Shown piece after piece: positions 58,068 to 62,592 of a stretch of DNA of 62,592 nucleotides. The notes beneath the pieces are model-generated. The model did not search any database, was not told the origin of the DNA, and was given only the letters and a program-made list of their open reading frames with translations. Both the position numbers and the translations under genes were made by a program. Position 1 is the stretch's first letter, and each line of letters begins with the position of its first letter. Where the stretch lies: assembly GCA_009784345.1 (NCBI GenBank), contig WRBW01000002.1:1-62592 (forward strand), read 5' to 3'. Source of the stretch: Coriobacteriia bacterium (GTDB lineage: Bacteria; Actinomycetota; Coriobacteriia; WRKU01; WQUG01).

Positions 58068-59246
58068 GTGAAAAATTCGTTCATCGCATTTACGGCTCGG
58101 GCCCTGCGGCCCTTTGCTGCACTCTTTTATGCCTGCATCAAGCTGCTACGTCCCCAGCAGCACAAAGCGACCTTTATTTCACGTCAAAGCGACCTGACCC
58201 CCGTTGATTTTCAGCTTCTTGCCCGCGAGCTGACGGCGCAAGACAGGAGCCTGAAAATCAAGATTCTGTGCTGCAGCGATGCCACCAGAGGCTCGCGCTT
58301 TTTGGGCAATCTGCGCCAAACGATGCTTGAGCTCTGGCATATTGCCAGCTCGCAGGTGGTGGTGCTTGACGGCTACGCGCTTTCGATTTCCTATTTTACC
58401 CAGCGCAAGAGCCTTTATGTCTTACAAATGTGGCATGCGCTCGGAGCCATCAAGCGCTTTTCCTGGCAGGCCATCGACACGCCGGGGGGCCGCAACGCAA
58501 AGATTGCCCGCGCCCTGCGCATGCATGCGAATTACACGGCGCTCTTAGTAGGCGGAGTCGCATCGGTTGAAGTCTTCCGCCACGCCTTTAGAACGCCCCG
58601 CTCGCGCATCCATGTTCTGCCACTGCCGCGCACCGACGTTCTGCGAACGCCTGATTTGAACCGAATCGACCTGTTGATGTCGTCCCACAAAGAGTTCTTT
58701 GCCCACGGACCTGTCATTTTGTACGCGCCGACCTTTCGCGATGATGACGAATCATATGCCCAGTGGATGCGTGCCCTGCGCCAGCTTGCGCAGGCAGTCG
58801 AGGACATCGATGCGACGCTCATCGTGAAGACTCACCTGCGCGAACACGAAGAAAGCGCTCAGGATAAAGCCTATTTTGCAGAGTCTGACCATGTCATCTT
58901 CAACCCAGAAGTTGATACCCTGGACCTTTTAGCCATCGTCGATCACGTCATCACTGACTACAGTGGCGTGTCTTTCGAGGCTGCCGTTGCAGGCAAGCCC
59001 CTGTGGTTCTATATACCTGACTATGCTGATTACCGGGCAAAGCGTGGTTTGAATTTTGACCTGCGTGACTACCTGCCTGATGCCTGCTTTGATGACCCCG
59101 TCGAGCTTCTGGAACGTGCGCGCACAACAAGCCTGCCCACCCCGCAACAAGAGCAGTTTCTACAGGACTTTGTCGCGCTATCACCCCGACCTGAACTGAC
59201 GAGCTCAAAACAAATCGCACGCTTGATACTAAAAGGTATACAATAG
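58068..59246 (+). CDS. CDP-glycerol glycerophosphotransferase family protein (TagB/TagF-like)
   Basis: GTG start. ILYAPTFRDD and ITDYSGVSFE motifs typical of the Glyphos_transf family. Confidence 0.7.
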   Translation: MKNSFIAFTARALRPFAALFYACIKLLRPQQHKATFISRQSDLTPVDFQLLARELTAQDRSLKIKILCCSDATRGSRFLGNLRQTMLELWHIASSQVVVLDGYALSISYFTQRKSLYVLQMWHALGAIKRFSWQAIDTPGGRNAKIARALRMHANYTALLVGGVASVEVFRHAFRTPRSRIHVLPLPRTDVLRTPDLNRIDLLMSSHKEFFAHGPVILYAPTFRDDDESYAQWMRALRQLAQAVEDIDATLIVKTHLREHEESAQDKAYFAESDHVIFNPEVDTLDLLAIVDHVITDYSGVSFEAAVAGKPLWFYIPDYADYRAKRGLNFDLRDYLPDACFDDPVELLERARTTSLPTPQQEQFLQDFVALSPRPELTSSKQIARLILKGIQ

Positions 59247-59359
59247 AGAGCGGTCAATTAGGGGTTGTTGCGTCCCATGGGACTCCTCAGCCACATATTC
59301 ACAATACCCTTCGCCTTATATAACCCTAGAATCACGACGTAGAAGTGAGGACTTCGAAC

Positions 59360-61174
59360 ATGTTGCAGGAAAATTTACGTAATATTGCGATTATCGCGCA
59401 CGTCGACCACGGCAAGACGACCTTGGTTGATAAGCTGCTGCAGACGGCAGGCGTTTTTCGCGAGAATCAGGAAGTCGCAGAGCGCGTGCTGGACAGTAAT
59501 GATCAAGAGCGCGAGCGCGGCATTACGATTCTGGCAAAGAATATTTCCATCCGTTATAAGGATGTAAAGATTAACGTCATCGACACGCCTGGTCACGCCG
59601 ACTTTGGTGGCGAGGTCGAACGCGTTTTGCGTATGGCAGATGGCTGCCTCTTGATTGTGGATGCCTTTGATGGTCCTATGCCTCAGACACGCTTTGTCTT
59701 GAAAAAAGCCTTGGAAAACAACCTGAAACCCATGGTTGTCATTAATAAGATCGATCGTCCGGGGGCGCGTCCCATCGAGGTGCTGGACGAAGTCTTTGAG
59801 CTGATGTTAGAGCTGGGTGCTGATGATGCCCAGCTTGATTTTCCCGTCATCTATGCCAGCGCGCTCAATGGTTATGCGCGCCTCGAGCCAGAAGACAGCA
59901 ACATGGACATGGCACCCCTGCTGGACGCGATCTTGCAATACATTCCTGCCCCTGATGTCGACCCCGAAGGTCCCGTGGCTCTTCAGATTTGTCAGGTCGA
60001 CTTTTCCAGCTATTTGGGACGTATTGGTGTGGGCAGGCTGTTTTCGGGCACCTTGCGCAATGGTGACAAACTGCAGATTCACAAGAACAATGGCGAGAAC
60101 TTTACCGCCCAGGTAAAGCACCTCTTTACCTTTGAAGCCCTGGGTCGCGAAGAGTGCGAAGAGGCCGGTGCAGGCGACATTGTTGGTGTTTCTGGTGTTG
60201 AAGACTGCGACATTGGAGACCTCTTTACCACGATTGGGCAAGAATTTGACCTTGACCCTATTGAGGTCGAAAAGCCTACGATGTCGGTCGTCTTTGAAGC
60301 TTCAACCAGTCCTTTGGTGGGGCAGGAGGGCGAAATCGTTGGTGGTCGCCAACTGAAAGAGCGCCTCATGCGCGAAGCTGAATCAAATATTTCGATGCAG
60401 ATTACTGAAACCGAAGATAAGCGCGGCATGAATGTTGCTGGTCGTGGTGTCCTGCACCTGTCAGTACTGATGGAGACTATGAGGCGTGAAGGCTTTGAGT
60501 TCCAGGTGGGACGTCCTCAGGTTGTATACGGCACAGATGAGGCCGGAAACAGAACTGAGCCTATCGAGCTTGCCGTGGTTGACGTCCCCAGCGAATCTGC
60601 TGGCAAAGTCATCGAGATCTTTGGTTCTTCGGGAGGCGAGATGACAGAAATGGTCCAGCGTGACACCTTGGTGCATCTGGTCTTTAAGATTCCATCGCGC
60701 GGCATGATGGGTCTGCGCGCACGCATCCTGAATGCGACGCGCGGCGAGGGTATCTTGTTTCACACCTTTAGTGAATATGGTCCTTATCGCGGTGAACTAT
60801 CAGGTCGTCAAAATGGTTCTCTGATTGCCATGACTTCTGCAAAATCAGTGGCCTTTGCTCTTGATTCACTGCAGCAGCGCGGCAAGCTGTTCATCGGACC
60901 TGGTGAGATGTGCTACGAAGGTATGATTGTGGGCGAGGCTTCACGCGCCGGTGACCTGGTGGTAAATGTTGCGAAGGCAAAGCAGCTGACGAACATTCGC
61001 GCCGCTTCTTCTGATAAGGCAGTGGTACTTGCTCCTCCCATGACTTTTACCCTCGAGGAAGCACTTGAGTACATCGAAGATGACGAGCTGGTCGAGATCA
61101 CACCTAAGTCGATTCGACTGCGCAAAAGACTGCTTTTGGAAAATGACCGCAAAAGGGAGCGTAAAAAGGCCTAA
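59360..61174 (+). CDS. typA: Translational GTPase TypA/BipA
   Basis: [34 protein letters not shown]. ~604 aa with a BipA-type C-terminus. Confidence 0.95.
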   Translation: MLQENLRNIAIIAHVDHGKTTLVDKLLQTAGVFRENQEVAERVLDSNDQERERGITILAKNISIRYKDVKINVIDTPGHADFGGEVERVLRMADGCLLIVDAFDGPMPQTRFVLKKALENNLKPMVVINKIDRPGARPIEVLDEVFELMLELGADDAQLDFPVIYASALNGYARLEPEDSNMDMAPLLDAILQYIPAPDVDPEGPVALQICQVDFSSYLGRIGVGRLFSGTLRNGDKLQIHKNNGENFTAQVKHLFTFEALGREECEEAGAGDIVGVSGVEDCDIGDLFTTIGQEFDLDPIEVEKPTMSVVFEASTSPLVGQEGEIVGGRQLKERLMREAESNISMQITETEDKRGMNVAGRGVLHLSVLMETMRREGFEFQVGRPQVVYGTDEAGNRTEPIELAVVDVPSESAGKVIEIFGSSGGEMTEMVQRDTLVHLVFKIPSRGMMGLRARILNATRGEGILFHTFSEYGPYRGELSGRQNGSLIAMTSAKSVAFALDSLQQRGKLFIGPGEMCYEGMIVGEASRAGDLVVNVAKAKQLTNIRAASSDKAVVLAPPMTFTLEEALEYIEDDELVEITPKSIRLRKRLLLENDRKRERKKA

Positions 61175-61329
61175 GGCCGCGCATCTTTTTATGGTCAGCC
61201 GCTTTGTGCGTGCTACTATTAAAAACCCAAGGCATTTTTGCCAGAGCGTTTGAGCTGGCATGAAATTTTGGAGAAACTTCGAACAAGCTGGGTTTGTACA
61301 GCGCAAACCCCCAGACGAGGAGGAACAAG

Positions 61330-61719
61330 ATGGGTAAATGCGGAAAATTTCTCTTAGGCGGCGTCATCGGATTTGCTGCAGGCATTTTGCTTGCTCCAAA
61401 GTCGGGTGTTGAGACGCGAGCCTTCCTTAAAGAAAAGGCTTCAGCCTACATGGACAATGCTGATGTTATGACAGACAATGTCCGTGACCGTGCCGTAGAA
61501 CTGTATTCAACAGCAACAGATTATGCGGGAGACGCATCATCACAGCTGAAAGAAAAAATTGATGTCGCCCGCACAAAGATTGGCGACAAGGCAGCTGCCG
61601 TCAAGGGTGGCGGTCAGACAACGGCGGTAGATGCCGCGGTTGAAGCTGCAAGTGAAGCTGTCGACGCAGCGGGTGCAGCTGTTGATGCTGCGGTGGAAGC
61701 AGAAGCTGCAAAGGCATAA
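61330..61719 (+). CDS. YtxH domain protein
   Basis: ATG follows GAGGAGG. GGVIGFAAGILLAPKSGVETR signature, then an Ala-rich helical tail. Confidence 0.7.
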   Translation: MGKCGKFLLGGVIGFAAGILLAPKSGVETRAFLKEKASAYMDNADVMTDNVRDRAVELYSTATDYAGDASSQLKEKIDVARTKIGDKAAAVKGGGQTTAVDAAVEAASEAVDAAGAAVDAAVEAEAAKA

Positions 61720-61813
61720 GTAACGACGCTCGTTAAGAGCACTAAGAGTTATAGAGAGTTATCGTAGGGCGCGCCAAAATCGCTGCTGAGACCACGGTCA
61801 AACAGGAGCAGAG

Positions 61814-62592
61814 TTGAAAGACCTGTATCTAAAAGAGCGAAAACTAGGGGGACGTATCAACCACTCGAAACGTGGTCTGTTACGTCCCCTTTTCTTTCTG
61901 CTGCTTGCCCTTGGTCTTATTGCGGCCGTCGTCTTTTATGCGCCCCAGCTCTTTCGCTGGCCGGTCAGTATTACCATTAATGGCGTGCACCAACAGGTCA
62001 GCTACGGCACGACCCTGAGCAGAGCCGCTGCCATGAACATCAGCCGCGACCAGCTCTTTGGAGACCTGATTGCCGTAGACGGTGAAGTCTACGAGCGCTT
62101 TGGCGGCGAACCTCCAGTCTTTACCGTACGTGGTAGCGAGCGCGATGGCGACACAGTGATACGGACGCGTCAGACCATCACGGTCAGCCGTGGCGCTGAC
62201 ATCACGGAAGAAGTATCAGAAGTTGAAGTTGAGGTCGAGCCAGAGCTGCGTCGCACAGGATCTGGCCCCTTTAGGCATGTTGTCTCTGCCGGTCAGGTTG
62301 GTATCTCAAAGAAAAAAGTGGGCATGAGGTCGGGCATCGAGCTCGAAGCTGTCGAGGTCACTGCTCCTCTCCCCGTCGAGGTGGTTTTCTCCGCCTATCC
62401 AGAAGACGGCAGCCCCGTTATAGCACTGACTTTTGACGATGGGCCGCATCCCGTCCACACGCCAGCACTGCTTGATGCGCTGGCGGCAGAAGGGGTCAAG
62501 GCGACCTTCTTTGTGACCGGCGTCGAAGTAAATAGGCATCCCGAACTGGCGCGCAGGATCGTCGATGAAGGGCATCAGATAGCAAATCACAG
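61814..62592 (+). CDS. Polysaccharide deacetylase (NodB homology), 3-prime end cut by window edge
   Basis: Not in the ORF track because the frame has no stop. TTG at 61814 follows AGGAG. N-terminal TM helix LFFLLLALGLIAAVVF, then a ~180-aa unassigned region, then IALTFDDGPH...ATFFVTG...GHQIANH. Confidence 0.75.
   Translation, partial: MKDLYLKERKLGGRINHSKRGLLRPLFFLLLALGLIAAVVFYAPQLFRWPVSITINGVHQQVSYGTTLSRAAAMNISRDQLFGDLIAVDGEVYERFGGEPPVFTVRGSERDGDTVIRTRQTITVSRGADITEEVSEVEVEVEPELRRTGSGPFRHVVSAGQVGISKKKVGMRSGIELEAVEVTAPLPVEVVFSAYPEDGSPVIALTFDDGPHPVHTPALLDALAAEGVKATFFVTGVEVNRHPELARRIVDEGHQIANH

Overview
The window looks like a chromosomal segment from a mid/high-GC Gram-positive actinobacterium, possibly Coriobacteriia-like. 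That placement is an inference from three things: alr-tsaE-tsaB/D synteny, a secretin-less Tad locus, and lipobox lipoproteins. Gene order, left to right: (1) a heme-acquisition-like surface cluster (5-prime-truncated modular NEAT-like protein, small surface protein, class-III substrate-binding protein), convergent with an FtsX/MacB-type ABC pair. (2) Three tRNA genes (Glu, Lys, Asp). (3) A complete Gram-positive-type Tad/Flp pilus operon (cpaB-tadZ-tadA-tadB-tadC, two Flp-like prepilins, TadE-like pseudopilins, a 715-730 aa TadG-like protein, DUF192, zinc-ribbon). (4) A housekeeping block (veg, ispE, acpS, alr, udg, tsaE, fused tsaB-tsaD). (5) A nucleoside salvage/catabolism block (punA, Zn-ADH, deoC, BMP-family ABC importer). 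(6) MBL hydrolase, CPBP protease, and a five-gene Opp/Dpp peptide importer. (7) Cell-wall genes (PG-binding protein, coiled-coil NlpC/P60, PBP1A). (8) groES-groEL behind a perfect CIRCE operator. (9) An orphan metQ, a four-subunit 2-oxoacid:ferredoxin oxidoreductase, an XRE-cupin regulator and an acyl-CoA synthetase. (10) A coiled-coil RlpA-like protein, ddl, rrf2, a TagF-like gene, typA, ytxH and a 3-prime-truncated NodB deacetylase. No CRISPR array, integrase, transposase, phage gene or recognisable defence system was seen. The most unusual signals are non-coding. An exact 12-mer (GGAGTGCGTCCA) recurs six times, almost only outside coding sequence, and a ~60-100 nt intergenic repeat family has three copies. 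Other points of interest are the atypical accessory genes of the Tad operon, the heme-like cluster lacking sortase signals and a permease, and the tsaB-tsaD fusion. All domain calls come from motif recognition by eye; no database search was possible.
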